A stretch of 64,000 bases of DNA from Paramoeba atlantica (GCA_977017575.1 CDRNVI010000059.1:310001-374000), one strand, 5' to 3'. Positions 35,063-47,757 are shown, counted from the stretch's first letter. The notes: a model not told the origin generated them from the letters alone. Program-made: numbers and translations.

Positions 35063-36711
35063 TATTTCTTTTACTGCTCTCCATGGGCTGGCGTGATTTT
35101 TCTTCAGCTTAGACTCTAGGACTTCACAAGACCTAGTTATAGCGTCCTCGATTGCTCCCCTGTTGTGTGATACTAGTTCATTAAAGTCCTTATGCCTTCT
35201 GCTTGAAAAAAATGAAAATGTTGCGTAGGTTATCTGTTTCAGCACCTTGCAATCCTTCAACAGGTGCCTGTATATCAAGAGATATTTTTGTGATTGGTTT
35301 CGGAATTTCCTTTCCCGAAGATCGAAGGCAAGAGGCAAGAAGATCCCAGGAAGGAAGATCTTCTGTATGCAGTTGCGCTGCGACCTGTTCACAAATTCTG
35401 TTGTTAAACTTCTCTGCATGTTCTGGGTTTGATAATTGAAACCAGTGTATTTTCGGTCTTTTGATGTTGGACGATATCTTCCATTTGAATCGAATCTCTG
35501 CTCGCACAAGAAAGTGCACTGTCGGCGTAGGAGCGGCAAAAACTTAATGATGTCGCAGAGCGCATGCAAAGCGTGAGCACACTGCAATGTGATCCAACTG
35601 GCGTTTAGCATCATTAGGCAATATGCATGTCCATACTCGCTTGCTAGGGCATAAGGAGTGTCCTGATTTGCAATCTATCCCTTCCAAAAGCCCCTTCAAC
35701 CTTTCAACAGCAAGTTCGTCTTCTTCTGTCGTTTTGCTGAAAGTGAGAGGTGCATTTAAGTCCCCAAGTAGAAGTGCGGGTCTTCGAGGGGCTTTGCCTA
35801 CTGCTTCGTGAAACGCGTTTGTCAAAGAAATATCAAACTCTTGTTTGGCCTCCTCTGGGGAGTCACGCGTCGGCCCATATGCGTTGAGCATAAAGGCTGA
35901 CCCTCCTTCGATGTTGAACTCGCCGGCCATTATCCTATCATTTACTTTCCACGCCTTTATTGGCTCTTGCGTGATGAACCCCATACCGTTATACCCGTTC
36001 ACTGCAGACATAAGGTAGATGAAAAAGATTTTATTCCCGTGTCGAAGCTGGCGCTTTAAAATATCAAATCCTTCGCCAGAAATAAAAGTAAACCTTGTCT
36101 CCTGGAGATCCAGTATATGCAAGTTGGTTTGTGCCATGTATCGCACAATCTCGTGCAATCGAGCAGAAGCTTTCAGTTTGAAAACGTCGTCACCTTCAAG
36201 TTTCAATGATGTCGTATTAAGAGTGCCTACAGCCAGACACTTCTTCACAGCAGACCCTTTCGGGTCGTCGTCGCGTAGGGCATGCTTGCCACACAGTACC
36301 CTAGTTTTCCGTGCTTTTCTACGGTTGTTCGAACGCCCAGGTTTTCGAATGCGTGCTCCGCATAACACGATTCGCGAATCATACGGCGGAAAGGGAAGCG
36401 TTTCCGATCGCTGGTGGTACTTTACCCGCCAGCGACCTAGCTGAAAGAGGAAACCAGGTCCTCGTTGAGTTACAGTGCCCTTCCAAATCCGAAACTCCGC
36501 ACTGCTCGCGTATCTCCAGCAGAGTGCGATGTTGTAACCTGGGCGAAGAATTTTACTAATGCTCATCACTGCACGGGAGCGAAGTTTAGCATGCCCGTCT
36601 GACCCCAACATCGGGTCAAACAGAGCACCCCGACCTAACGCGGACCTAACCAGAAGTTTAATAATTCCTAGCTGTGCAGGCCCGGACGCCTCCGCCATAT
36701 TTTTGAAAATG

Positions 36712-37093
36712 TTCAAAAAAACAAAGGTCTTCAAAAAAACAAAGGTCTTCAAAAAACAAAGGTCTTTAAAAAAACAAAGGTCTTCAAAAAAACAAAGGTC
36801 TTCAAAAAAACAAAGGTCTTCAAAAAAACAAAGGTCTTCAAAAAAACAAAGGTCTTCAAAAAAACAAAGGTCTTCAAAAAAACAAAGGTCTTCAAAAAAA
36901 CAAAGGTCTTCAAAAAAACAAAGGTCTTCAAAAAAACAAAGGTCTTCAAAAAAATAAAGGTCTTTAAAAAAATAAAGGTCTTCAAAAAAACAAAGGTCTT
37001 CAAAAAAACAAAGGTCTTCAAAAAAGCAAAGGTCTTACAAAAAAACAAAGGTCTTCAAAAAAACAAAGGTCTTCAAAAAAACAAAGGTTTTCA
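36712..37093. repeat. 17-bp tandem repeat (about 22 units) in the LINE 5' region
   Basis: aaaaaacaaaggtcttc units; duplicate at 45994-46375, with 2 more units at 46572-46606. Confidence 0.95.
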
Positions 37094-40013
37094 ATGATCT
37101 TCCAGAAAAACTCTTCCTTCTAAATGCGGAAGCCAACCATTTTCATGGTATGCTATGTTTATTGAATCTCCCGCCTTTGTTAGCAGAACTCACTTTGAAT
37201 AATAACATATTTAAAGGTCCTTTAAATCTTAGCAGTCTACCGCTCACTCTTACGTCTTTAAATTTGAACGGCAACCTCCTCAATGGATAAAGTGGACGAG
37301 GGAGGTTCTAAAAGCACCTTTAAACCACCACAAAAATGGAATGATATCTCCCGGTTTGTAAAGGATTCCGACGTGCCAAAAGAATCTTTAAGGGACAAAC
37401 CCTTCCATTTTTATGGTGGTTTGCCAAAGGTGCTTTTAGTATCTCCCTTGTCCACTTTAGCTTGGGTTACATTTTTTTCAGAATTTGTTGTCATATCATA
37501 CGTATGTAAGCGTGTAAGAACGCATGTAGAGGCGTGTGTATGTCCTTCACAAGCGGAGAGGACTCAAAAAATATCACTTGTAAAGTGAAAAAAACTTTAT
37601 AGTTTTCTTATAGTTTTATAGTAAAATATAGTAAATATAGTACTATATAGTAACTATATTCAATGAAAAAAACTATATTTTACTATATTATAGTTTCTGC
37701 GAACCCTGTTTTGTTTAACGAACATTTATACCCCATTTATATTCATTTATACCCCATTTATATTCAGCACTTGCTCGTGTATCCAAGTATAAGTTAAGCA
37801 ACCATCGTACGTTTCGTTTTCATCATCCACAATTTTTTTTACAAGGTCCTTAAACCGCCTTGATGATTTTTTTCCTGGGGATTTTTGGGGTGTAAGATCT
37901 TCTCCTTCCTTCCACAGGTTAACAATTCTTCTTATGGTGCGACGGTCACGTCCGAAATTATTAGATAATTTATGTATATGTTGCTTTATTATTTCTTTTC
38001 TCTCGCAAAGAGGTAATGCCACGGTTCCTTTGTGGGATATTGGGGGATTGTCTTCTCTTTTGTCATTCCATCCTTGTACGTACTCCCCCTGTTTGGGGTT
38101 AGAGGGTCTGGTCTGCATAATGTAGAGGTGTTGACTATATTAAATTAGGCGATAGGGATGGTACTAGACATAGAGCTTTCAAATTATCAATTTAGAACAC
38201 TATTACTCGTACTTACATGTTCAAAATGTACAAAAAATCGGGAAAATGTGACAAAAAATGGTTGTGTACACAGAAAACGTCCAAAAAAAACAGTGTTTTT
38301 CGGACCCAGGGGGCACCAGAGGGTCTCTATGAAAAAAAGGCGGCAAAGCTCTTCGCTAGGGGAACGAGATCTCTCCAATGCTGCAAAGATGAGCAAAAAT
38401 GGATAAAAAAATCAAAATTCCGAGGGGGGGCAAGATCAACTGAAACCACTGTATAAGGGGTGACCCTTCTAAAATGCCCTAAAATGGCCACTTTTCGTGG
38501 ATTTTGCTTAAAAAAGCCCATTTTCACCTGTTTTTGGCTACTTTGGCGGGGTCACCCCCTATATGCAACTCCATATGCTACTCCCTCTATATGCAATTCC
38601 ATTTTTATAAAATGTGATGTGCGTATATACTTTGGAGTCTCATCTACAAGGAAAAGGATTTGTAAGATCCAATACAGGTGGGATCTTGCCAGGAGAAATT
38701 TTTCAAAAGTTAAAAAAAAATTAGAGGGGCTCTGCAATATTCCTATACTTATGCAATATTCCTATACTTCGGCACACCGAAGTTTTAGGCACCGATTTCA
38801 ACTTTTGCCAAAATTAGGTGCGGGGTGCTATGGGAACTCACCTTTGCTCCCGGTGAGGCCCCGGAGTTGCGAGAGGCCTCCATACCCCACAACTACCACC
38901 TTCCCCCCCTATTTAGCGGGGGTCGCGCGAGCGACCCCTGATAAATGGGGGGAAGGTGGTAGTTGTTTTGGGGGAAATGAGAGGCCGAACGCACGGAGGG
39001 GCCGGCCGGGCCACTGAGTCACGTGAAAGTGTGACCTAAAACTAAACCTAGATTTTGTTTACCCGTCTGCACAACAGAACCGTAAATAGCACGTAAAGAT
39101 GGTTGGCCGAGGTACAGAATAAATTTACCTTTGCTCCCGGTGAGGCCCCGGAGTTGCGAGAGGCCTCCATACCCCACAACTACCACCTTCCCCCCCCCCC
39201 TATTTAGCGGGGTTCGCGCGAGCGACCCCTGGTAAATGGGGGAAAGATGGTAGTTTTGGGGGAAATGAGAGGCCGAACGCACGGAGGGGCCGGCGGAGTC
39301 ACTGAGTCACGTGAACGTGTGATACCCAAAAACTAAACCTATACTAAACCAATTCACAGTATTTTGTGACAGTAGACGGCTATGCAATATTCCTATACTT
39401 ATGCAATATTCCTATACTTATGCAATATTTCTATACTTGTGCAATATTCCTATACTTATGCAATATTCCTATACTTATGCAATATTCCTATACTTATGCA
39501 ATATTCCTATACTTATGCAATATTCCTATACTTATGCAATATTCCTATACTTCCACCCCCCACAACTACCACCTCCCCCCCCCCTATTTAGCGAGCGACC
39601 CCTGGTAAATGGGGGGAAGGTGGTAGTTGTTTTGGGGAATATGAGAGGCCGAACGCACGGAGGGGCCGGCCGGGCCACTGAGTCACGTGAAAGAGTGATA
39701 CCCAAAAACTAAACCTAGATCTTGTTTGCACAACAGAACCGTAAATGGCACGTAAAGATGGTTGGCCGGGGATTGTGGTTTGGCCGCAGGATTGTGTATT
39801 TATTTTCCTATGCATTGTCACGTTCTTTACCTTTTGGGGGGCAAATTGTGAACGTCGACCAGAAAAGGGGCATTCTAAACACTGTCAACATGGGTAACCA
39901 ACTTGAAGGTATACAGGATATGAAATGAAATAACCTGTACTTTCTGCGGGAAGAAATTTCCTTCTGCGTGAAGAAATAACGACGGTGCACATGGACACAA
40001 AAAATAACGAGCC

Positions 40014-40280
40014 TTACTCCGAGTCACTACTTTCGTCTTCTTCGTCGCGGTAGAAACTAACACCTTTGCAGAATGTACGAATATCTTGGAAGATGCGACG
40101 TACACGAGAACCTCCGTTGACAGAGAGTGTCGCGTTAGAAATTTCTGCGAAAAACTTCATTCGGTGAGCGCGAGATATTTCATCGTTGCCAAGACGGCCC
40201 CCACGAGCTTTGCGTTCCTTTTAGGAGGCCATTGGCATGTTCCACGGTATTAGTGTGGATGCCGGAGACTGTTACCCAAT
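40014..40280 (-). pseudogene. Merlin transposase C-terminal piece (catalytic Glu)
   Basis: Continues the ORF broken at 46607 (..VNHRKHWV|TVSGIHTNTVE). ACCCAAT is duplicated at 40274-40280 and 46607-46613. Confidence 0.85.
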
Positions 40281-42906
40281 CACTCACTCACTCACTCACT
40301 TTACACTAAGCCCCGGAATAGGGCATTAGTTAAATATCTATCTGTATTTACGCTCAATACATTCATCATCTAACTCTCCAACTGATTTCGTTTTCACGTC
40401 GATTGCCTCGTACTCGGTGCGCTTCGAAAGCGAAACACACAGCACCTTGCGTACACTGGATTTTATTGTCCCATCTTGGTTTCCGTCAAAGGGGATATTT
40501 ATCCGCGTTGTGAGGTCGCGTCTCGTGGTCTACCTTTCTTGGTGCGGTTCGCGGCGGTACTTAATTGTGGGCCAGGCGCGGGGCAATGCTGTGATAAGTG
40601 CCGTTCTAGTGTAGTAGCCGAGGTCTTGCGCCTTTTCTCTGAAAGAGCGCCGAAAAGAGCTGTCTTTGCCAACGTGTCACACTTATCGTTGTATGGGTTG
40701 CCGCAATGCCCCTTTACTTTAATCACGTAGAATTTGACGCCATTCTCCTCTAAGGTCTTTATTGCACCACCTAAATCCCAATAAATGTCGCTGTTTGGAA
40801 GGCCATTGTATCCTATTAGGTAATACTTTCGCCGCGTATTGCGTATAAAATGCCATACTATCCACGAATCCGTATGCAGTACGATTGTACCCTCAACTTT
40901 GGGTGCTCTCTGAATAGCTAGTAGTGCCGCATAAAATTCCGCTCTTTCTGGCGATGGTGTGCCAAGAATCTCCTTACAAACAGTAGAACTAGCCACTTCA
41001 TGGCCACACTGAACTTCAACAATCCCAATTCCAATCTTTCCGATGTAACCAGAACTAACTGAGGCGTCGGTATAAAGGTGTAGAACGTTGTTGTCACTTG
41101 AGAAAGGTGTTGGACCTTCTTCAGCGTACTGCAGGGCTGAAAGATCATTTTCCCGCTGTGCAGCAGCTGCAATGCGGTGCCAACCGCTTGATCTACAACC
41201 AATATACATTTTAGGATTCTCTAGCCCCATTTGAAGTTTTTCAACATGTTTTTGCCAACATTTTCTATCCTCCGCATATACCAGGGCTTCCTCGACTACT
41301 AGTCCCATATCCCCGGTGCAAGCTTCGGATGGAGAACGAATTCGACTCTTTTCTTTAACGCGCCACTGCATCAGTTCCGAATATATCTCTGAATGCCGTA
41401 TTAAGTGCCCTACAAGACGAGCCCGGTTAACTTTGTGCAGTGTGGAAAAAAGTGGGGTGTCTATATATAAGGCGGATATTGGCACGCTTTTCCCAGAATG
41501 ATCCAGTTTCGGACACTTACAAATAATACGACGCATCTTATTTACCTGTATATCTACCCATTTCAATGTGGTTTCGCTCAACACTAGTGTGCCCGAGTTG
41601 TAATTTAGGATAGGGTATACGAGGGCATCGAACAAACGAAGTTTTGTCTTGACGCTCAAGGGCGATACCCATATGCCCCGAAATTTTGAGAAACCTGCCC
41701 ACGTAAGTCGCAACCTGTCCCTAATACATGCCAATGGTTCAGTTTCATGGAAAAGATGTCCCAGATACCTGTAGGAAAGTACTTTGGGCACCGTCCCCAA
41801 AGGATCGGATATCATTTCATCGGGGCCTCGTTGCCTTCCTAGTTGCATCCACGCTGTTTTAGCAGGGCCTACTGCTATTCTTAGGTTCGCGGAGAGGGCT
41901 TGTTCCGCTGTATCCTCAATCATACTCTGTAGATCAGCCTTGTTATCTGAAAAGAAAAGGAGATCATCAGCATAATTTAGATCCGTAAGACGTGTTTCCC
42001 TCAGGCCTCTGCTCTTGGTACCTTTGGATGATAGAAGGATGCCATGGGATTTTGAATCAATAGCTTTGCTTAATATACGATCCAGAACCATTACGAAGAG
42101 GTAGGGAGCGAGGACATCCCCTTGAAGAATGCCGGTTGTAATGGGGAATGTTTCTGTTAAACCTTATGGTGTTCGCACGACCCCTCGCATATTCCGATAT
42201 ACTGACATAATCATTTCTCGCAATTTCGGTCCAATGTGAAACGCCACTAGGGATGCATGAATGGCACTAAATGAAACGGATGGAAAAGCTTTCGCAAAAT
42301 CTACAAAACCAATGCACATCCCGTTTCCTCTTAATGCTTTTACTCGTGCTTCGTTGAGAATCGCCTGGGCTTGCATTGTCGAACGGTCAGGTCTGAACCC
42401 ATATTGATTATGGCGAAGCACAGGCTCTACATACGGACGAATTCGTTGTAATATTAAACAGTTCATAAGTTTAACAACACAATTTACTAAGCATATGGGC
42501 CTCCAATTCTTTAAAAGAGTCAAGTCACCTTTCTTCGGTATCGGAACTTGTAGGACGTCACCCCAAACTTCCGGAGCCAATCGCGTATCGTAAACGCGGT
42601 TGATAATGCTGAGCAACCACTTTCTAAGATAATCATTATCAACGATGCACGCAAAAGCCTCCATGGGGATTTCATCCTTTCCCGGTGCCTTACCCCTCCC
42701 AAAGTGTGAAATTCCGCTTCGAAGCTCTTCCTCAGTGAAAGGGGCGTCCTCAAGTGTGTTTGTTGGAAGATTCGCCTCTAAGAATCTTATATTGTCGTCG
42801 CCCCCTGTGTCTCCAGCAAAAGCTTCAAAAAACGTTTTTATCTCCGCCAGCCTCTGTCTGTTTGAGGTCCCCGGTATGTTGAAGTCTGCTCGATCAACTC
42901 CACATA

Positions 42907-44344
42907 CTGTGACCCCCCCCCTTTATATGCACACGTTTTTGGGGTTTGTGCATATTAAGGGGGGGGGGTAAGAGGGGGAAGAACCAGCCCCTCCGGGAAA
43001 AAAATTGCGCCGCTTCGCGGCGCCTTTATTTCCTGTGCGTTTTTCGAACTTGATTGATTGATTGATTTTAAGGGCATGTATCCCATAGGGACGTACCCTC
43101 CCGGAGATAGCCGGGCACTAATTTTTTTATTATTCCAAAATACACTTATTATTCCAATTTTTTTAGTATTCTGCCACCTGAAAGTTTTCTCAAATTATAT
43201 TCCATGGATGCCTTTGTGCCTGGCTACATAGAGAATCTTTTGTATCTATCTTTAGCGAATGCACAAGAACGGCGCGGTTACGGCCTAGGGATCGTAGAAG
43301 GCTCAAGCGATGACGATAGTGAAGTGAATTCTGTTTCTTCCGATGAAGAACATGGTAGCGATATAAAAAATGTTAGCCTCGAAACCCCTGATGGGGTTCT
43401 ACCACTGATGACGGCAGTGATAACGAGGAAGGTTTGGTTGATTCCAGTGGGGCCCGTAAAGTAAAAGTTGCCAAGCGTTCTAGAGTCGTTCTAGATTCTC
43501 GGAGAAACGTACGCCGCGATGTTCCTTTCGTTGTGAAGCATAAGACTGTTTTCAAAACAGAAATGGCGAACGCACCACAGAAATGTCTCAAACGCACCAC
43601 AAAGCTATGGCAACAGTACAACAATGGATGAGAAGAACCTTTGGTGAATTATACACAGTGCATTCTAAATCTCAACTAAAAAAGTGGGATGCAGAAATCA
43701 ACCGGCAACTTTCCAGTAACCTAGGCGAGGAACGCCTGCTAAAGCTTAAGTTCTTGATGGTGGATGGCGCCACTGTCAACCATGTTGCCCGTGTGAATTG
43801 CAAAGGTTTCTTAAAATCCATTTACGATCGTATTGACCCGGTGGGAGAAGAGGACCTAGGAAACATACAGCGCGGAATAACTCAAAAGTACCGTGTGTCA
43901 CTATTATCTTGCATAGGACACATGTTAAATAATGTCTGCAAAACGGCGTTTCAACCCTACTCAAGGAATTTAGTGAAAGCAAAGATGCTCCTATGGCCAC
44001 ACACGTTTGCCAAATGTTGGAGCATCTATACGAAATTTCCGAAGGCACAGGAGCACCACAAGGATTACGATCATCCCTTTTGCACCACAAGAAAAGACTA
44101 GATAAGAATCATAACATGCGTCTCTGGAAACAGGTAATGTGGTTTCGACCAAGTTCGGTTGTGCTGTTCGGTCGGCCAATACGTCAACATGCTTTGTGAT
44201 ATTGGCGAACTGAAATTTTGTCTGCGCAACCACCGTGAAAAAAAATTATTTTTTTTTGGAGGAAAAAAAGTCCCCTTTAACCAAAATTTGTGCATATTAA
44301 GGGGGGGGGAGGGAAGGGGGTGCATATTAAAGGGGGGGTCACAG
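42907..44344 (+). mobile_element. Internally deleted TA-duplicating DNA transposon inside LINE copy 2
   Basis: Duplicate of 33623-35062, with TA flanks. Confidence 0.88.
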
Positions 44345-46369
44345 TATTTCTTTTACTGCTCTCCATGGGCTGGCGTGATTTTTCTTCAGCTTAGACTCTA
44401 GGACTTCACAAGACCTAGTTATAGCGTCCTCGATTGCTCCCCTGTTGTGTGATACTAGTTCATTAAAGTCCTTATGCCTTCTGCTTGAAAAAAATGAAAA
44501 TGTTGCGTAGGTTATCTGTTTCAGCACCTTGCAATCCTTCAACAGGTGCCTGTATATCAAGAGATATTTTTGTGATTGGTTTCGGAATTTCCTTTCCCGA
44601 AGATCGAAGGCAAGAGGCAAGAAGATCCCAGGAAGGAAGATCTTCTGTATGCAGTTGCGCTGCGACCTGTTCACAAATTCTGTTGTTAAACTTCTCTGCA
44701 TGTTCTGGGTTTGATAATTGAAACCAGTGTATTTTCGGTCTTTTGATGTTGGACGATATCTTCCATTTGAATCGAATCTCTGCTCGCACAAGAAAGTGCA
44801 CTGTCGGCGTAGGAGCGGCAAAAACTTAATGATGTCGCAGAGCGCATGCAAAGCGTGAGCACACTGCAATGTGATCCAACTGGCGTTTAGCATCATTAGG
44901 CAATATGCATGTCCATACTCGCTTGCTAGGGCATAAGGAGTGTCCTGATTTGCAATCTATCCCTTCCAAAAGCCCCTTCAACCTTTCAACAGCAAGTTCG
45001 TCTTCTTCTGTCGTTTTGCTGAAAGTGAGAGGTGCATTTAAGTCCCCAAGTAGAAGTGCGGGTCTTCGAGGGGCTTTGCCTACTGCTTCGTGAAACGCGT
45101 TTGTCAAAGAAATATCAAACTCTTGTTTGGCCTCCTCTGGGGAGTCACGCGTCGGCCCATATGCGTTGAGCATAAAGGCTGACCCTCCTTCGATGTTGAA
45201 CTCGCCGGCCATTATCCTATCATTTACTTTTCACGCCTTTATTGGCTCTTGCGTGATGAACCCCATACCGTTATACCCGTTCACTGCAGACATAAGGTAG
45301 ATGAAAAAGATTTTATTCCCGTGTCGAAGCTGGCGCTTTAAAATATCAAATCCTTCGCCAGAAATAAAAGTAAACCTTGTCTCCTGGAGATCCAGTATAT
45401 GCAAGTTGGTTTGTGCCATGTATCGCACAATCTCGTGCAATCGAGCAGAAGCTTTCAGTTTGAAAACGTCGTCACCTTCAAGTTTCAATGATGTCGTATT
45501 AAGAGTGCCTACAGCCAGACACTTCTTCACAGCAGACCCTTTCGGGTCGTCGTCGCGTAGGGCATGCTTGCCACACAGTACCCTAGTTTTCCGTGCTTTT
45601 CTACGGTTGTTCGAACGCCCAGGTTTTCGAATGCGTGCTCCGCATAACACGATTCGCGAATCATACGGCGGAAAGGGAAGCGTTTCCGATCGCTGGTGGT
45701 ACTTTACCCGCCAGCGACCTAGCTGAAAGAGGAAACCAGGTCCTCGTTGAGTTACAGTGCCCTTCCAAATCCGAAACTCCGCACTGCTCGCGTATCTCCA
45801 GCAGAGTGCGATGTTGTAACCTGGGCGAAGAATTTTACTAATGCTCATCACTGCACGGGAGCGAAGTTTAGCATGCCCGTCTGACCCCAACATCGGGTCA
45901 AACAGAGCACCCCGACCTAACGCGGACCTAACCAGAAGTTTAATAATTCCTAGCTGTGCAGGCCCGGACGCCTCCGCCATATTTTTGAAAATGTTCAAAA
46001 AAACAAAGGTCTTCAAAAAAACAAAGGTCTTCAAAAAACAAAGGTCTTCAAAAAAACAAAGGTCTTCAAAAAAACAAAGGTCTTCAAAAAAACAAAGGTC
46101 TTCAAAAAAACAAAGGTCTTCAAAAAAACAAAGGCCTTCAAAAAAACAAAGGTCTTCAAAAAAACAAAGGTCTTCAAAAAAACAAAGGTCTTCAAAAAAA
46201 CAAAGGTCTTCAAAAAAACAAAGGTCTTCAAAAAAATAAAGGTCTTCAAAAAAATAAAGGTCTTCAAAAAAACAAAGGTCTTCAAAAAAACAAAGGTCTT
46301 CAAAAAAGCAAAGGTCTTACAAAAAAACAAAGGTCTTCAAAAAAACAAAGGTCTTCAAAAAAACAAAGG

Positions 46370-46571
46370 TTTTCAATGATCTTCCAGAAAAACTCTTCCT
46401 TCTAAATGCGGAAGCCAACCATTTTCATGGTACGCTATGTTTATTGAATCTCCCGCCTTTGTTAGCAGAACTCACTTTGAATAATAACATATTTAAAGGT
46501 CCTTTAAATCTTAGCAGTCTACCGCTCACTCTTACGTCTTTAAATTTGAACGGCAACCTCCTCAATGGTAT
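46370..46571 (+). pseudogene. About 200-bp host-type LRR gene fragment inside the LINE 5' repeats (duplicate at 37090-37286)
   Basis: Translates FNDLPEKLFLLNAEANHFHG.LCLLNLPPLLAELTLNNNIFKGPLNLSSLPLTLTSLNLNGNLLNG. Flanked on both sides by 17-bp repeat units. Confidence 0.8.
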
Positions 46572-46606
46572 AACAAAGGTCTTCGAAAAAATAAAGGTCT
46601 TCAAAA

Positions 46607-47390
46607 ACCCAATGTTTTCGATGGTTTACGGCCCCATGGCGCCATTCCCGATTTAGACACTTGCTGGCACCAGCGCAGTCCGTATATATTTGGCAACGGG
46701 AGTTCTTGGCAAGATGGCACACATGAGCGGTCATAGTGGCAGCATCTGTGCTTTCCAGGTACTTTACAAATATCTCTTTCATGGGATAGTGTATGCGACC
46801 TTCTTCATCTGGTATCTCATCGCAGTGTACCAAAGTATGGTACCAAGAGGAACCATCGCGTCGGACTCTTTTCCCTCGACCGCACCCCATTCGCTTGATC
46901 CGGGAAACGCACGTTTCGTCCTTTTGCATGAAAAGAACTGTGCCCTGTGAAGCGTCGAAGCGCATGTCGTGCGCAGTGCTAACAATGTATTCGAAGAATT
47001 GAAACAATTCGACAATTGTAAACTTGCCAAGAGTGCATTCGCGGGAAACTTGTTGAATGGACATACCCTCGATGAGACCGTACAACACGATGAGTGTGTC
47101 CTTAATACTTCGTTTGCTTTTTAAATTGAATAAGGGTTCCATCGCACTGTAACGTGCTCTACACTCTGTAGTTTCCACGTAAGGACAATACCAATGGGAA
47201 CCATCATGTACACACATGATTTCCTTGGTGTCATGATACTTGACTTTGAGGCACCACACCTGCTGGGCAACAAGTTTGTGATTCTTGAGCCAACGTGATA
47301 AAAGTTCTTCAGTGCTGTCCGCAAAACTGGAGAAAGAGATGCTCTTTATACATTCGAACTTCTCACACCCCTCGCAAAACTAATTCACTG
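46607..47390 (-). pseudogene. Merlin/IS1595-like transposase, N-terminal and catalytic part
   Basis: RWLKNHKL..WC..C..C finger, QKDET..KR..GRGKR, IYTD, HGAVNH. No in-frame ATG was found. Confidence 0.85.
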
Positions 47391-47537
47391 TATTTTGTGA
47401 CATGATTAGACGGCTATGCAATATTCCTATACTTATGCAATATTCCTATACTTCCACCGATGACTACAACGCCAAAATTCGTTTCGATGAGTACTCATCC
47501 AAACTACAACACCAGTGTCCATAATACAGTACGCAAA

Positions 47538-47610
47538 AGCCACATCCGAGGATCGAACTCGGGACCTCCGTCTTACTAGGACGGCGCTCTAACCACTGGG
47601 CTAATGCGGC
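47538..47610 (-). tRNA. tRNA-Thr(AGT)
   Basis: Cloverleaf GCCGCAT..ccgtc ctAGTaa gacgg..GTTCGATCC..ATGTGGC. Confidence 0.95.
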
Positions 47611-47685
47611 ACTTTAAATGTGGACTGTCAACTTGGTGTGGAAGAATTCCTCCTTAAGAGAGATAGGTAGCGCACAATATTTGCA

Positions 47686-47757
47686 GGGGGCTTAGCTCAG
47701 AGGTAGAGCACCGGATTCCAAATCCGATGGTCGCAGGTTCAATCCCTGCAGTCCTCA
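47686..47757 (+). tRNA. tRNA-Trp(CCA), with a C27-A43 mismatch giving a 4-bp anticodon stem
   Basis: GGGGGCT..gagc a ccgga ttCCAaa tccga tggtc gcagg ttcaatc cctgc agtcctc a, followed by a T-run. Confidence 0.95.

Larger units (their letters stand above)
30997..37286 (-). mobile_element. APE-RT-RNase H LINE, copy 1 (5' end cut by the duplication junction), inactivated
   Basis: APE at 35544-36698 (GTLNTT, DLQETR, LGDLNA, QLDHI); RT at 32880-33620 and 31215-32879 (NWRPICL, QYGFRP, FVDFAKAF, GILQGD, YADD); RNase H (LYTDAS, AEFYA, HTDS, VKGH..N..CD). In-frame TAA at 32880 and 35544. (AGTG)n 3' tail. Confidence 0.92.
28027..46568. repeat. About 9.3-kb direct tandem duplication (28027-37286 / 37285-46568)
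   Basis: Same ORF set in both halves. The junction ctcaatGGataaag at 37285-37286 has 2-bp microhomology. Differences are few and mostly homopolymer indels. Confidence 0.92.
40281..46606 (-). mobile_element. APE-RT-RNase H LINE, copy 2, both ends defined by a 7-bp TSD
   Basis: Same domains as copy 1, plus an extra TGG>TGA in the APE region. TSD ACCCAAT. (AGTG)5 tail at 40281-40300. Confidence 0.92.
19670..47458 (-). mobile_element. Merlin (IS1595-related)-bounded composite, 27.8 kb, with nested insertions
   Basis: Left end GGTCAAAGTACAGGAATATTGCATAAGTATAGGAATATTGCATA; right end (reverse complement) GGTGGAAGTATAGGAATATTGCATAAGTATAGGAATATTGCATA. Identical 9-bp flank GATGACTAC at 19661-19669 and 47459-47467. 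A Merlin transposase lies inside. Confidence 0.8.

Noticed and set aside
26800-35550. UAA reassignment suggested by in-frame TAA in the Tc1 and LINE ORFs
   Set aside because: The positions imply different residues (conserved Leu in SPDLNP versus others), host genes end in TAA, and no host ORF has an internal TAA.
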